From positions 96,001-160,000 of the forward strand of contig CAWHCF010000041.1 of the NCBI GenBank assembly GCA_963827655.1: DNA of 64,000 nucleotides, given 5' to 3'. This DNA is from an uncultured Acidobacteriota bacterium. GTDB lineage: Bacteria; Acidobacteriota; UBA6911. The notes beneath the pieces were generated by a model that was not told where the DNA came from, made no database searches, and saw nothing but the letters and a program-made list of their open reading frames with translations. Shown piece by piece: positions 11,901 through 20,397 of this stretch (the first letter of the stretch is position 1; every line of letters begins with the position of its first letter). Position numbers and translations under genes: made by a program.

Positions 11901-12162
11901 GGTTGGTAAGGGTGAGCAGTTGCCCGGGCGTCAGGCGCTGGGAAATCCGCCCGTAAAGGTTAACAAAAATGGCGACCGCCACGGCGACCGCCACGAACAT
12001 CAAGGGTAGCAGTGACTTGCTGTAGCGGCTCAGGAAATAGGCGTCGCTCGCAGATTTGCCTCCGATGGTAACCGCTACGACAGCGAAGTAATAGCAGAAC
12101 AGGGTTAGAACCTTGGGGATTTCTTCTCGACGGACGGTGGGGGCGGTCCGCAGGAACCTCAT
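8998..12162 (-). CDS. NTT/TLC-like (ATP/ADP translocase family) MFS transporter fused to HEAT repeats and a cNMP-binding domain
   Basis: About 12 TM helices with 'FW...DLFD-RQAKRLFGLIAAGGS' and 'VDYQFK'; HEAT repeats; C-terminal 'GEMAVLDQAPRSA'. Confidence 0.85.
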   Translation of the reverse strand: MRFLRTAPTVRREEIPKVLTLFCYYFAVVAVTIGGKSASDAYFLSRYSKSLLPLMFVAVAVAVAIFVNLYGRISQRLTPGQLLTLTNLVFAASLPAIRLRMEGWAIPFLYVWMNIIIVIMGLQFWLLAADLFDLRQAKRLFGLIAAGGSVAAIVVGSALKPFVSAFGSESLLLVVAGFIVAAWVVSQVAARFERAPAILSRPRRGTVRQPRTFDAYLVSIAVVIAASTIVTMVVDYQFKMIASESFASEEDLVGFFGQFYALTGASTLVVQFLLTGFVLSQIGILAGLLILPLASIAGATAVLVAPVLASAVLAKFSDQSLKFTIHHSSLELLWLPVPPERRQTFKPLISGTMKSVAEGASGVVCFFLVKVLALQYLSILTLAACAVWIFTAMRLKGYYVRALEVAIEKHGLDTEELALDAHDSVIVASIDKALRSDDEIQRLFALELIDRMPHGPWAHTLGELFASGSQEVRRRILTLASDDPVVLSDEVVAKAIGEQSEIAGAAMAVAGKRRLHSVLPQLQMHLGAADPRLRAAAAAAILRLRQGPVEEARAILNGMLDGPSGEQALALEQLDQEFAMLSGPRLIGFLESGTPEVREAALAIAASRRDEALLPAIISSLAIPGTALLARSVLNQFPQAKVIAQIEQRLKEPGLSEGLKLGMLRTLKSYPGDATARLLSRSLEQRERSAYQETVDALLAVSRRHPIPSQVAGEAAEEADKLTRKAYVMNQKLHLLPPEDDARLLRDHFTNEFNLSLLPLLKLQVLSTPDAPIETCIQTIRSKDPARLPFVLELFETILPMEDRRRISPLVEPLSVEQRSQIGGQLFDDLPREQYAVLEEAAYSANDWESVIALDFLFRTRDKAGPKTIDWQKVPVSPLTCELVSRVARGDAGLSGVVPVSRFAHEREVRTMYSTLEKTILLKSVSLFAEIPAETLSRVAQITEEVSFPAHATIFSDGDYGDCLYIVAAGVVRIQKGGKELAVLRKGQCLGEMAVLDQAPRSADAAVLEDTTLLKVTQEDFFEVMSGHPQIMNAIIRLLTGRLREANEKLAEKE

Positions 12163-12165
12163 CTA

Positions 12166-12373
12166 GGGCTCACGCAAGAATAACTATACACTTTGGTGGC
12201 CGCCCGCCGGTCAGGCGCGGAGCGGCTCGCTCCTTGGACGCTCGGCGTGATCGCTCGTAACAAGAGGTTCCGAGCGACCGTGATGACGAGGGGCCCGAAG
12301 CCCGCGTTGCGCCCCGTTGCACCTGCCGGCTGCGCGTTCGCGCCAGGGTGCACGTTTAATTCCGGCGCCGGCC
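12166..12373 (+). mobile_element. Diverged MITE related to family A at its left end
   Basis: Left end GGGCTCACGCAAGAATAACTATACACTTTGG resembles the family-A TIR; degenerate right TIR; different interior. Confidence 0.45.
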
Positions 12374-12437
12374 TGAGCAACCCGGTTTTACTATGGCAAG
12401 GTAAACCAGCTAGCGCAATGCGACCCAAAGAGTGCGG

Positions 12438-13076
12438 TCACTCGTGAATGAACAGATACTCTTGCATTCCATGTGTCAGGAGAAACGAATTGTGCACTCG
12501 AAAGCCGACCATCATGTGAGTGAAGTCGCGTGGGGTGTGACGAGGAGAAGGTCGCATTTGCGAAGACTCGAATATGTACATCAGGGTCTGCTCATCCAGA
12601 ATCTTAAACTGGGTGGGCCGGGCCGGGATCTCCTTCAGCCGGGAACTCATGGCGAAAAGAAGTGTTCCCGGCCGGCAAAAATCGTTGAGATACCGGATGA
12701 GCGCTCGAATGTCTTCGCTCTGAAGGTAGTCGAGTACATTCCAGCTCAGGATGATGTCAAAGCGGGTATTCTTCGGAAAGGGAAGCCATTCGCCGAATGG
12801 GGGCTCCTCGACAAGCTCGCCATTCTGGGCTGCAACCCGCGATGAATCGAGGGTCGAGTACAGATCTTCTATGTAGATCTTGCTGGCGAACTCAGTCAGG
12901 AATTCGACGTTAATCCCAACCGAGGTTCCAAGGTCCAGAACATGACATTTGCGATCACTTCGCAGCTTCTGGACCAAGGCCCTCAGTCCGAGCGACCGGT
13001 GGGTTTCAACTCGATCAGGAGACGCCTGAACTCGCTCTCCTAGTTCCTTCGGACCGCGTGAGAAACCCCAAGTCAT
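12438..13076 (-). CDS. Class I SAM-dependent methyltransferase-like protein
   Basis: 'VLDLG', 'FDIILSWNVLDYL'; start overlaps the bactofilin stop (TAATG). Confidence 0.7.
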   Translation of the reverse strand: MTWGFSRGPKELGERVQASPDRVETHRSLGLRALVQKLRSDRKCHVLDLGTSVGINVEFLTEFASKIYIEDLYSTLDSSRVAAQNGELVEEPPFGEWLPFPKNTRFDIILSWNVLDYLQSEDIRALIRYLNDFCRPGTLLFAMSSRLKEIPARPTQFKILDEQTLMYIFESSQMRPSPRHTPRDFTHMMVGFRVHNSFLLTHGMQEYLFIHE

Positions 13077-13648
13077 TATGTCCTCGAGGTAGAAGACTCG
13101 GTTTTGAATGGGGCAGCGCCTTTCGCCGCCTCACTGGCCATCTCGCCCTTCTGAGGAGCGTCACTCCGATGCTTGCTCTCGGCCGTCACGCTCTGCGGGC
13201 GCAGCTTGTCAGAGCTCTTCGGCTCCATGTCGATGCTGCCCTTGAACTTGGAACCGTCTTCCAAAGATACCCGAGGGGCAACGATGTTTCCCCTGACGCT
13301 TCCGGACTGCCGCAGCAGGATCTGTTCTTCGCCGTACAGATTTCCCTCGACTTCCCCTTCGATGGTGATCAGCCTGCCATAAATGTCGGCCTTGATGCGC
13401 CCGCTCTTTCCCACTGTAACGTTATTCTGCTTCAAATCAATCTTGCCCTCGACCTGACCCTGGATGATCAGATCCTCACCGCCCGTGAGGTCGCCTTTTA
13501 TCGAAATCGAGGGCCCGATCGTGGCTCCCTCCTTCCGCGACTCGACGGGATTGCTGCCGCCGCTGCTGCTGCTGCTGCTGCTGCGGGGGGGAGCCGGGGT
13601 CGCCGCCGGCTCAGGCTGCTGAGGAAACTCATTCTCTTTTTTCCACAT
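13076..13648 (-). CDS. Bactofilin (polymer-forming cytoskeletal protein)
   Basis: 'IGPSISIKGDLTGGEDLIIQGQVEGKI...VRGNIVAPRVSLEDGSKFKGSIDM'; (AGC)7 poly-Ser tract. Confidence 0.92.
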   Translation of the reverse strand: MWKKENEFPQQPEPAATPAPPRSSSSSSSGGSNPVESRKEGATIGPSISIKGDLTGGEDLIIQGQVEGKIDLKQNNVTVGKSGRIKADIYGRLITIEGEVEGNLYGEEQILLRQSGSVRGNIVAPRVSLEDGSKFKGSIDMEPKSSDKLRPQSVTAESKHRSDAPQKGEMASEAAKGAAPFKTESSTSRT

Positions 13649-13824
13649 AAGAAGTGCTCCTCGAAAAAGGTTGATTTTGGTTTAATCTATTGGCTCAACC
13701 CTCGGAAGTCAAGCCATTAGCCAAACCCGGCCTTTGGGGAGTCTTCGGGCGACGAGGACTCAAGGACGTCATAGAGACGCAAAGGAGCAATTCACCGAGC
13801 TTTAGAATGGTTTATTCTGGCGCA

Positions 13825-14553
13825 ATGAAATCCTCGCCCATCCGACGCTACTGGAAGGAAACCAGACGCCCGATCTATTCTGCGGCACTGGTACTCCCTT
13901 TCTTTCTGATCTACCATTCGGGCACTTTTCTGCTCAAGACAACCTATATCAATGGCGCCGACGCCCTTATCATACGAATCCTCAGTGCTTTCTCGGTCCA
14001 ATCGATGTTTGCTTCCGCCCTCCTCCTGCTCACCTGTTTCCTGGTCTGGCAATGGAGGACCCGCGGCGGCTGGCAAATCGACCTGATGAAATTGCTCTCG
14101 ATGTTCGGAGAAAGCTTACTGTTCGCAGGACTACTCTTCTTCTTTTCGGGCTGGCTATCGGTGTACCTGAATCGTGCCGTCCTCTTAGACAGCGATGCCA
14201 CGACTACTACCGCATACGGCCGCCTCGGCTTGCTGATACTGTACTGCGGCGCCGGCGTCTACGAAGAGCTGCTTTTTCGTGCGATTCTTCTGGGACTGTT
14301 GAGCCTGATCTTTAGCCGAGTCTTGCAGATGAAACCGGTGCCTGCCGCGGCCTGGGCCATGACGACTGCCTCAGCGCTCTTTTCTCTTTTTCACTACATC
14401 GGACCCGCCGGAGATCCGTTCTCTACCAGCAGTTTTCTCCAGCGCACGTTCGGGGGGCTTTACTTCTCCGCCCTGTTTCTCCTGCGCGGCTTTGGCGTAA
14501 CCGCTGCATGCCACGCGTTATACGACATCTTCGTCGGCCTTCTCGTCAATTGA
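13825..14553 (+). CDS. CPBP (CAAX protease-like) intramembrane metalloprotease
   Basis: 'AGVYEELLFR', 'FSLFHY', 'HALYD'; multiple TM segments. Confidence 0.85.
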   Translation: MKSSPIRRYWKETRRPIYSAALVLPFFLIYHSGTFLLKTTYINGADALIIRILSAFSVQSMFASALLLLTCFLVWQWRTRGGWQIDLMKLLSMFGESLLFAGLLFFFSGWLSVYLNRAVLLDSDATTTTAYGRLGLLILYCGAGVYEELLFRAILLGLLSLIFSRVLQMKPVPAAAWAMTTASALFSLFHYIGPAGDPFSTSSFLQRTFGGLYFSALFLLRGFGVTAACHALYDIFVGLLVN

Positions 14554-14636
14554 CGATTGACGATTGACGATTGACGATTAAACTTTGTAGCGACAAATGG
14601 CCAAGTTTTCAATCGTCAATCGTAAATCGTCAATCG
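14549..14636. repeat. Inverted pair of TCAATCG heptamer tandem arrays
   Basis: (TTGACGA)x4, a spacer of about 30 bp, then (TCAATCG)x4. Confidence 0.9.
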
Positions 14637-14637
14637 A

Positions 14638-15306
14638 ATGCGCATCACCCATGTGATCTATGATCTGGACGGCCTGCTCCTCGACACCGAGCGCTTCTAC
14701 ACCGAAGCTACTCGGGACATCGCGCGGCGCTACGGCAAGACCTTCGATTGGTCGATTAAATCTCTGGTAATCGGGAAACGAGCCTTGGACTCCGCAACCA
14801 TCCTTACCAGGTCACTGGAGTTGCCCATCACTCCCGCTGAGTATCTGAACGAACGGAACGAAGTGCTCGACCGCCTGTTGTTGCAGGCCGAACCGCAGCC
14901 CGGCGCCGTTCAACTCACCGAGCACCTGCACCGCCACCGGATTCCCCAGGCCATAGCCAGTAGTTCGGACCAACGCACCTTTGAGATTAAGACCACGCGT
15001 CATCGAGATTGGTTCAGTCTTTTCCACTGCGTCGTGCTCGGAGATGACCCCGCAGTCGTGCATGGGAAACCGGCGCCTGATATCTTCCTGGTTGCGGCAA
15101 GCCGGCTGAACGCAGCGCCCGAGCAATGTCTCGTCTTCGAAGACGCCCCGTCCGGCGTTCAAGCCGCGCTGGCTGCGGGCATGCGAGTCATTGCTGTGCC
15201 GGACCCCAACCTGGATCGACGCGCCTTCGCGGGTGCGGACCAGATATTGAACCAATTGACTGAATTTGATCCATCCGCGCTCGGGTTACCACCCCTGATT
15301 TTTTAG
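14638..15306 (+). CDS. HAD-IA phosphatase (pseudouridine-5'-phosphatase/GS1-like)
   Basis: 'DLDGLLLDTE', 'GKPAPDIFL', 'LVFEDAPSGV'. Confidence 0.85.
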   Translation: MRITHVIYDLDGLLLDTERFYTEATRDIARRYGKTFDWSIKSLVIGKRALDSATILTRSLELPITPAEYLNERNEVLDRLLLQAEPQPGAVQLTEHLHRHRIPQAIASSSDQRTFEIKTTRHRDWFSLFHCVVLGDDPAVVHGKPAPDIFLVAASRLNAAPEQCLVFEDAPSGVQAALAAGMRVIAVPDPNLDRRAFAGADQILNQLTEFDPSALGLPPLIF

Positions 15307-15325
15307 CGTCTTTGCGCCTTCGCGG

Positions 15326-16435
15326 TTACGCGCTTCTCTTGCTAAAGAGAAAATCGGCGATGCGCCGGGCGGCGATCGCCGCTCCTCCGTTTGCCATCGT
15401 CATGACCGGCTCCGGCTGATCCCAGAGCGATTCCAGTGAATCTCCGAGCTCGCCCCGGTAAAGGCGAACCGATGGAATTTCCTGCTGCTTCAGGTATTTC
15501 TGGATCGCCTCGACCAGGATGCGGCACTCCGGGAAATCCGGACGGTCGATATAGAGCAGAGGCTTCCGGTTGACCACACATTCGGAGACTATGCCGAATC
15601 CAGGTTTGGAAACCACGCCATCCACCGAAGCCAGGACATCGGCAAACGGAACGCGAACGCGGTCAATGGTGTGGATGTTTTTGCGCTGCCAGGCCAGTGG
15701 GAGAACCGTGAAGAATTCATAGTCGGTCAGACTTTCTACGTTATCCAACGCCTCAGGCTTCCACTCGAGTGTGGCGAACGAAAGAAGCACCCATTTTTTC
15801 TCGGTCCGGCAACCGGAAAGCTCCGCGATCTCCGCTCGCCGATTCCTGCCGGGCAAGGCGACCAGCGGAATGTCCTCAATGCGCGGAAATGCGGCCATCG
15901 CTTCGCTGAAGGGCAGTCGCAGCAACAAATCGGCCTGGGAATAACCTTCAGCAAAGTACTGCCGGAGAGTCTTCCAGCGATGGTCGCTCTCGACGTAAGC
16001 CGAATAGATCCAATCCCAACCGAAATTGCCCACCGCAACTCGCGGAATTCCAACCCGAGCTGCAGATTCCAGCGGAATCGCCGGAATATCGACAACCACG
16101 AGCCCGATGCCCCCAGCCTTGAGAAACGACACCTCGGCCGCAGTATGGACCTCCCTGCGCGCATAGAGCGCTTCCACCTTGCGCAGGGTGGCGGGAAGGT
16201 CGATCCGGACCGAGTCCAGCTGCACCATTCCGACATCGAATGAAGCCGCTCGGAAGGAATTCCCAGCCGCAGGCAGGCGGTTCTTCAGAAAAGAAACCGG
16301 AAGATCGCTGACGATAATGACCGGCACCTCGGGATAACTCTGGTTGAAAGCGCGAATGATGTCGGACGAGCGGACTCCATGCCCAAAGCCATGGGCGCTC
16401 ACGTAGTAAGCCAATGCAGTTTGTTTGGGCGGCAT
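15326..16435 (-). CDS. GT-B glycosyltransferase-like protein (L-arabinokinase N-terminal-like)
   Basis: 'YYVSAHGFGHGVR', 'NFGWDWIY', 'SKPGFGIVSEC'. Confidence 0.7.
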   Translation of the reverse strand: MPPKQTALAYYVSAHGFGHGVRSSDIIRAFNQSYPEVPVIIVSDLPVSFLKNRLPAAGNSFRAASFDVGMVQLDSVRIDLPATLRKVEALYARREVHTAAEVSFLKAGGIGLVVVDIPAIPLESAARVGIPRVAVGNFGWDWIYSAYVESDHRWKTLRQYFAEGYSQADLLLRLPFSEAMAAFPRIEDIPLVALPGRNRRAEIAELSGCRTEKKWVLLSFATLEWKPEALDNVESLTDYEFFTVLPLAWQRKNIHTIDRVRVPFADVLASVDGVVSKPGFGIVSECVVNRKPLLYIDRPDFPECRILVEAIQKYLKQQEIPSVRLYRGELGDSLESLWDQPEPVMTMANGGAAIAARRIADFLFSKRSA

Positions 16436-16491
16436 GGGTATCAAAGGCTTGTCTGACGCTTTGCGCTTTCGTGATGAGAGAGTGTCGCCGT

Positions 16492-17385
16492 CTACTTTTC
16501 CCAGATGCCCTCGGGGATTGGCTTGGCTTCGACAATCTCGACCAGAACCTCATTCGGTGCGAGGACGAAAAAGCTCTTGAGTTTGTAATCCTCGCGCACT
16601 GAGATCGGCTCGACGATTTGAACGCCGGCTGATTTCATTCGCTGAAAGACCGGCTCTATGGACCGGAAAGAAAAGGCGACGTGATCGATGGCTCGGCCCC
16701 TGGTCGGCGCCAGAGCCTTGAGCGGCGGATCGGGCCACCAGGGCGGGACGGGCTCGGTGTCAGGCTTTCCAAAGATGATAAAATTCACATTATCGCAGCG
16801 GAACGCGTTGGCCCAGACTCCGCGGGCGGCAACCATGTCTTTGGGCTTCGGCACGTCCCGAGTTCGTAGTGGAATCCCCAGGTGGTCCGCGTACCAGGCC
16901 GCCGTCTCGTTGACGTCATTTGCAAACAGGTGGACGTGAGCGAAGCGGTGATGCCCCATGGTATTGATTTCCACCAGTTCCTTGTCGGGGCCGCTGATGT
17001 ACATGTAGTAATTATCGGGACCGCGCAGTGGAGTCAGGGGCGTGTGGAAGGTGACGCCCTTCTTCTTGAGCCACTCGTACTCGTTGGCGACGTCGACTCC
17101 GCCCCAACCGATGTGCCATATGCCGCTGCGCAACTCGCTCGGCGGCGGGGCTTCAACTTTGTTCAGAAGAATAAAGGAGCGTTCGGTAAAAAGCGCATCA
17201 GAAACGCCCTGGAACTTCGTGGGAGTGGCGCCAAAAACGCTGGTGTAAAACTGGATGCTCTTTTCCGGGTTGGTGACATTCAGGTGCACATGGTGGAAGT
17301 GGGCTCGTTCGTCTTCGGCCTGCGGCGAACTCCGGCCGGCCAGGGCCAGAACGGCCAATATCAGGAGCCACTTCTTCAGCTTCAT
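16492..17385 (-). CDS. Secreted VOC/glyoxalase-family protein
   Basis: Signal peptide; 'FHHVHLN', 'HIGW', 'FAHVHL', 'IDHVAFS...VEIVE'. Confidence 0.8.
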   Translation of the reverse strand: MKLKKWLLILAVLALAGRSSPQAEDERAHFHHVHLNVTNPEKSIQFYTSVFGATPTKFQGVSDALFTERSFILLNKVEAPPPSELRSGIWHIGWGGVDVANEYEWLKKKGVTFHTPLTPLRGPDNYYMYISGPDKELVEINTMGHHRFAHVHLFANDVNETAAWYADHLGIPLRTRDVPKPKDMVAARGVWANAFRCDNVNFIIFGKPDTEPVPPWWPDPPLKALAPTRGRAIDHVAFSFRSIEPVFQRMKSAGVQIVEPISVREDYKLKSFFVLAPNEVLVEIVEAKPIPEGIWEK

Positions 17386-17539
17386 GACATCCCTCCTTGA
17401 TCCACCACAAAGACTCGAAGACACTAAGTCATTGGTCATTTTCATTGGTCATTGGTCATCATGAAAAATGACTAATGAAGAATCCCGCTGTCGGTTCATC
17501 CCATTTTTATTCCTCATGATTCCTCATTTCTCATTGGCA

Positions 17540-17640
17540 CTAAGGTTCGTTCGGGACTCTGACGATTGCAAACAGCGCCAATTGTCAATCGTCAATCGTC
17601 AATCGTCAATCGTCAATCGTCAATCGTCAATCGTCAATCG
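17540..17640. repeat. Truncated family-B end followed by (TCAATCG)x8
   Basis: CTAAGGTTCGTTCGGGACT at 17540-17558; eight perfect heptamers at 17585-17640. Confidence 0.85.
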
Positions 17641-17692
17641 CTCTTGACACCTCCAAGTCGCGGTGACTACAGTGAACCAGGGAGAAACCGAA

Positions 17693-20362
17693 GTGAACCT
17701 GCGCGGCCTGCTATCTGTCGTTTTCAGCATCGCAATGGCCTGCTCCTTCTCCCTCGCTTACCAGCAGAGTTCGGAAGAATTCTTCGAAGCGCGCGTCCGT
17801 CCGGTTCTGGTGAAGAACTGTTTTTCATGCCACACCAGCGCCCCGATGGGCGGCTTGAGGCTGGACTCGGGGGAAAGTCTGTTGAAAGGGGGAGACAGCG
17901 GACCGGCTATCGTAGCAGGCAATCCGGACCAGAGTCTCTTGATTCAGGTCATCCGCCACTCCCACGAAAGGCTGAAGATGCCCTTCGGGCGCGACAAGTT
18001 GAGAAACGAGGAGATTGCCGATCTGGCAGCCTGGGTCAAGAGCGGCGCCGCCTGGCCAAAAACCACGGCACCGGCCGCAGCCGCAACCCGGAGTGGTGAG
18101 TATGTCATCACGCCCGAACAACGGTCGTTCTGGTCGTTCCGGCCGGTTCAGAAACCGTCATTGCCTCAGGTCAAAGACACGAGCTGGCCCAGGTCTCCCA
18201 TTGACTTCTTCATCCTGTCGAAGCTGGAGGAGCGTGGACTTACGCCGGTGAGAGCCGCCGACAAGCGAGTCCTGATTCGAAGAGCTTACTTTGATCTTAC
18301 CGGGCTGCCGCCTTCGCCGGAAGAAGTCGACGCTTTCGTGCAAGACTCGTCTCCCGAAGCCTTCGCCAGACTGATCGATCGTCTGCTGGCATCCCCGAGA
18401 TATGGCGAACGCTGGGGACGCCACTGGCTCGATGTCGCGCGGTATTCGGATGACAAGCTCGATCCCACCGGTGAAACCCCTTACGAGAATTCATTCCGCT
18501 ACCGGGATTGGGTCATCAAGGCTTTCAACGACGACATGCCTTATGACCTCTTTGTGAAAGCGCAGATCGCGGGAGACCTTCTCGGAGGCGAAGAACCCGA
18601 GAAGCTTGTACCCGGTCTGGGGTTTTTTGCCCTCAGCCCGCAATTCCAGGACGATCGCGTCGATGCAACCACGCGCGGCTTTCTCGGGCTGACTGTCGCC
18701 TGCGCTCAGTGTCACGATCATAAATACGATCCTATTCCCACGCGAGACTTTTACTCCCTTCTCGGTATCTTCAAGAGCACCGAGTCCCACGACTTTCCCC
18801 TGGCCCCGGCTAACGTGGTGGCCGACTACGACAGCCTGCAGAAAAAAGTGGACGCACAGGAAGGCGCCATCAGGGAGTTCGTCCAGTCACAGAGCAGCCA
18901 GTTGAGCGAAATCCTGGCGGCCAAGACGTCCCGCTACCTGTCCGCTGTGTGGAGGGTCCTGGGCGAACCTAAAATGGATGTCCAGCTTGTGGCGGATGTG
19001 GAAAAGCTGGACAAGGAGACTCTGGAGCGCTGGATTGAGTATGTCAAGAAACCGGAAAAGGAACATCCATTCCTGAATAAGTGGAACGAGCGGCTGGCCG
19101 GCCCGGACTCACCCGAGCGGGAAAAACTGGCCGGCGAATTTCAGGATCTTGTCCTGGCCGTAGCGGCCGAAAAGAAGGCGATCGACGAGAAGAACAACAT
19201 TGCGCTGGGTGGCAACAAGGACCGGAGGTCTCTCACCAACGCCAATCTCCAGTCGCTTGAACGCGACCGCTATTTCCTGTGGCGAGATCTCTTCAGCGAG
19301 AGAGGAATTCTCTACTACGGCGATCGAAAGCTCGACCGTTTTCTTAGCGGCGAGTGGAAGAACCACGTCGATTCGCTGCGAGCCGAGCTTGCCAGGCTCA
19401 AGCAAGCGCTGCCACCGAGGTATCCGTTCCTGCACGCGATCCGCGATATCGACAAACCAGCGAACATGAGGGTTCAGCTGCGCGGCAACCCTGAGACGCT
19501 GGGAGATGAAGCGCCGCGCCGTTTTGTTGCGATTCTGTGCCCGGACGCCCCCGCCCCCTTCACCAAGGGGAGTGGCCGGCTCGAGCTGGCCGAAGCGATT
19601 GCGAATCGGAGCAACCCTTTGACCGCGCGCGTCATGGTGAATCGACTCTGGCAGCACCACTTCGGCCAGGGAATCGTGCGTACTCCGAGCAATTTTGGCC
19701 AGCTTGGAGACCGCCCGAGTCATCCCGAGTTGCTCGATTATCTCGCTCACCGCTTCATGGAAGCTAACTGGTCCATCAAAGCGATGCACCGGGAGATCAT
19801 GCTCTCAAACACCTATGCCTTGAGCGCCGAGTATTCGGCTCGAAACTATTCGGTCGAACCGGAGAACCGGCTGCTCTGGAGAGCGAATCGGCGTCGCCTC
19901 GACGCCGAAGCCTTGCGCGACGCCCTGCTCCAGGTATCCGGCAATCTCGATCTGACGATGGGAGGAGCGGCTGTCAAGATGACGGATCAGCACAAGAGAC
20001 GCACCGTTTACGGCTTCGTCAGTCGAAAGAAACTCGACGGTACGCTGGCTCTATTCGACTTCGCCAATCCGAACAACACCAGCGAGAGCAGGATTGTAAC
20101 CAACGTGCCGCTGCAAAAGCTTTTCTTTATGAACAGCGACTTCGTAGCGCTTCAGGCCAAGGGCCTGGTCGACCGGCTGAGCTCGCCGGACGGCTCCGAT
20201 GACACGTCAAGAATCAACCAGGCGTACCGGATTCTCTTCGGGCGTCTTCCAACAAAGAAAGAGTTGAAGCTTGGGTTGGATTTCGTACGAGAAGACAAAG
20301 GCGCCTGGCGGGAATACACTCAGGCGTTAATGAGCTCCAACGAGTTCGTCTATCTCAATTGA
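17693..20362 (+). CDS. Planctomycete cytochrome c / DUF1549 / DUF1553 protein
   Basis: CxxCH motifs (CFSCH, CAQCH); 'YGERWGRHWLDVARY', 'NPLTARVMVNRLWQHHFG'. Confidence 0.92.
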   Translation: MNLRGLLSVVFSIAMACSFSLAYQQSSEEFFEARVRPVLVKNCFSCHTSAPMGGLRLDSGESLLKGGDSGPAIVAGNPDQSLLIQVIRHSHERLKMPFGRDKLRNEEIADLAAWVKSGAAWPKTTAPAAAATRSGEYVITPEQRSFWSFRPVQKPSLPQVKDTSWPRSPIDFFILSKLEERGLTPVRAADKRVLIRRAYFDLTGLPPSPEEVDAFVQDSSPEAFARLIDRLLASPRYGERWGRHWLDVARYSDDKLDPTGETPYENSFRYRDWVIKAFNDDMPYDLFVKAQIAGDLLGGEEPEKLVPGLGFFALSPQFQDDRVDATTRGFLGLTVACAQCHDHKYDPIPTRDFYSLLGIFKSTESHDFPLAPANVVADYDSLQKKVDAQEGAIREFVQSQSSQLSEILAAKTSRYLSAVWRVLGEPKMDVQLVADVEKLDKETLERWIEYVKKPEKEHPFLNKWNERLAGPDSPEREKLAGEFQDLVLAVAAEKKAIDEKNNIALGGNKDRRSLTNANLQSLERDRYFLWRDLFSERGILYYGDRKLDRFLSGEWKNHVDSLRAELARLKQALPPRYPFLHAIRDIDKPANMRVQLRGNPETLGDEAPRRFVAILCPDAPAPFTKGSGRLELAEAIANRSNPLTARVMVNRLWQHHFGQGIVRTPSNFGQLGDRPSHPELLDYLAHRFMEANWSIKAMHREIMLSNTYALSAEYSARNYSVEPENRLLWRANRRRLDAEALRDALLQVSGNLDLTMGGAAVKMTDQHKRRTVYGFVSRKKLDGTLALFDFANPNNTSESRIVTNVPLQKLFFMNSDFVALQAKGLVDRLSSPDGSDDTSRINQAYRILFGRLPTKKELKLGLDFVREDKGAWREYTQALMSSNEFVYLN

Positions 20363-20397
20363 GGCCGTCTTCTTATCAGAAGACGCGAGGAGACAGG

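Noticed and set aside
13553-13585. (AGC)7 trinucleotide tract as a contingency locus
   Set aside because: It is an in-frame poly-Ser linker in the bactofilin; length change would not shift the frame.
17585-17640. Heptamer arrays as CRISPR
   Set aside because: The units are 7 bp and contiguous, with no unique spacers and no cas genes.
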